DNA of 64,000 nt from Octopus bimaculoides (lineage: Eukaryota), in assembly GCF_001194135.2 (NCBI RefSeq), contig NC_068985.1:35983991-36047990 (forward strand), in the 5' to 3' direction. Under the pieces are notes generated by a model. The model made no database searches. It saw only the letters and a program-made list of their open reading frames with translations, and was not told where the DNA came from. The position numbers and the translations under genes are program-made. Positions 62,761-64,000 of this stretch are shown here, in pieces. Every line of letters begins with the position of its first letter. The stretch's first letter is position 1.

Positions 62761-64000
62761 ACACACACACACACACATATCACTGAATTTCCTTTGAATC
62801 TCCTGGCTGGGGAGTTGAGCCTCAGTTCTTTTAGCCTCTCCCAATAGCTCATCTATTACACTAAGACAATCTTTTTGGTGTAGTGGCATTGGATTGCTTT
62901 GAGTTCCACAGTTAGTTTGATGCTTTGTGGTGACCATAATTGGGAGCATTAATCCAGACAACTTGGAACAAATGTTGTCCATAGGAGCAACACAGATTCC
63001 TTTTTCCATTTTTCCATACTGGCATAGATATTTCTCATATATACATTGACCCATGTGCTCCACTTGTCATGCAAGTCTGTACTGAATATCAATCTAATTA
63101 TTTTTCACATACTTTTGTCAGGCCACACATAACCCACTTTCAGATTTCATATCTCACTATTGTACAACAGAGGAAAATTTCTTTTCTACTCATTTCTTAC
63201 TCTTGCTGCAGTCTACTCAGTATGATTGCCTCTAACACTCAGTTGATCATAAACTACTACTTCTGATGTGCATGTTTTTCATTTCATAGGTGCCATTTCT
63301 GTTAACTATTCCTGTAATCTGTTACATTGGATGCCCTGATTTTTCTGTCAGTCTGCCAAAAATGCTATTGCACCTTTTGTGTACCTATTGCTTGCAATTG
63401 GCATGCATTATTGAGCTTTTACTTACTCCTTCCTACATAGTGAAAAAGGCCATTTACCAGATAAGTCTTAGGTATCATGATCTTGTTTTACAAAATTTGA
63501 TCTTCAATATGTCAGCCTTTAATCCTTTGAACATGAAATCATTCTTTCAGGTTTGGAACATTTCTTTCAACTCTTTGACAGATTCTGCAAGGGCATATAA
63601 AGTAAGGATCTAATATTGCAAAAGTTTAAGGGTCAAGAATGATCACAAAATCCAATCAGCTAGTCATCTATACATTGTTGCTATCTTAATAATATGCACC
63701 TGGAACGATGCATAATTACTCATGTGGATTTCCAGGTCTTGCATTGGCTCTAACTCCAGAACTGCAATATATTCCACCCCCAACTCAGTCCTGTGTATTC
63801 TGATTATAATCTGTACCATATTATGTACCTTATTTTGTACTTTATTATTATGTACCTTATTTTGTACCTTATTTATATATAAAATACTACAATTAGCTGT
63901 CATTTTTGATGGCACAGGGCTAGTATTTGTATAACTCGGCTCATTAGTTTAGGATTTCTTTTGACTGTTCTTCTCCAGTGCATTTTTGTTGCAGTTGTAA

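Noticed and set aside
1-64000. CRISPR arrays, operons or prokaryotic defence systems
   Set aside because: No repeat-spacer arrays or gene-dense segments; the window is intron-containing animal DNA throughout.

Overview
Repeat-rich, AT-rich animal genomic scaffold with six N gaps. The SINE, RTE and Penelope families look like those of octopod cephalopods; this is inferred from recognising the repeats, not from a search. No prokaryotic, CRISPR, rRNA or true tRNA genes are visible. Two protein-coding genes are supported. (1) A five-exon minus-strand gene (CDS 26610->6783) that I assembled by hand from splice sites and reading-frame phases. It encodes a type-I membrane protein: signal peptide, a divergent 8-Cys MAM-like domain, a Thr/Pro mucin tandem-repeat stalk, one TM helix and a 23-aa tail (~564 aa at the nominal gap length). 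(2) An intronless acylphosphatase (47085-47378, minus). The rest is mostly decayed transposons (RTE, CR1, R4-like, Penelope, mariner, hAT, MITEs, solo LTRs, SINEs), often nested and sometimes with readable TSDs, plus microsatellites. The least obvious signal is a set of minimal type-I hammerhead-ribozyme motifs. Six copies of one family have a loopless palindromic stem III (so should work only as dimers) and sit as three inverted pairs in Penelope pseudo-LTRs; an unrelated motif with a long stem II lies at 4920-5036. Penelope-associated hammerheads are a known class, so these are new instances rather than a new system. Coordinates of decayed repeat fragments are approximate; exon, TIR, TSD and ribozyme coordinates were counted from the sequence.
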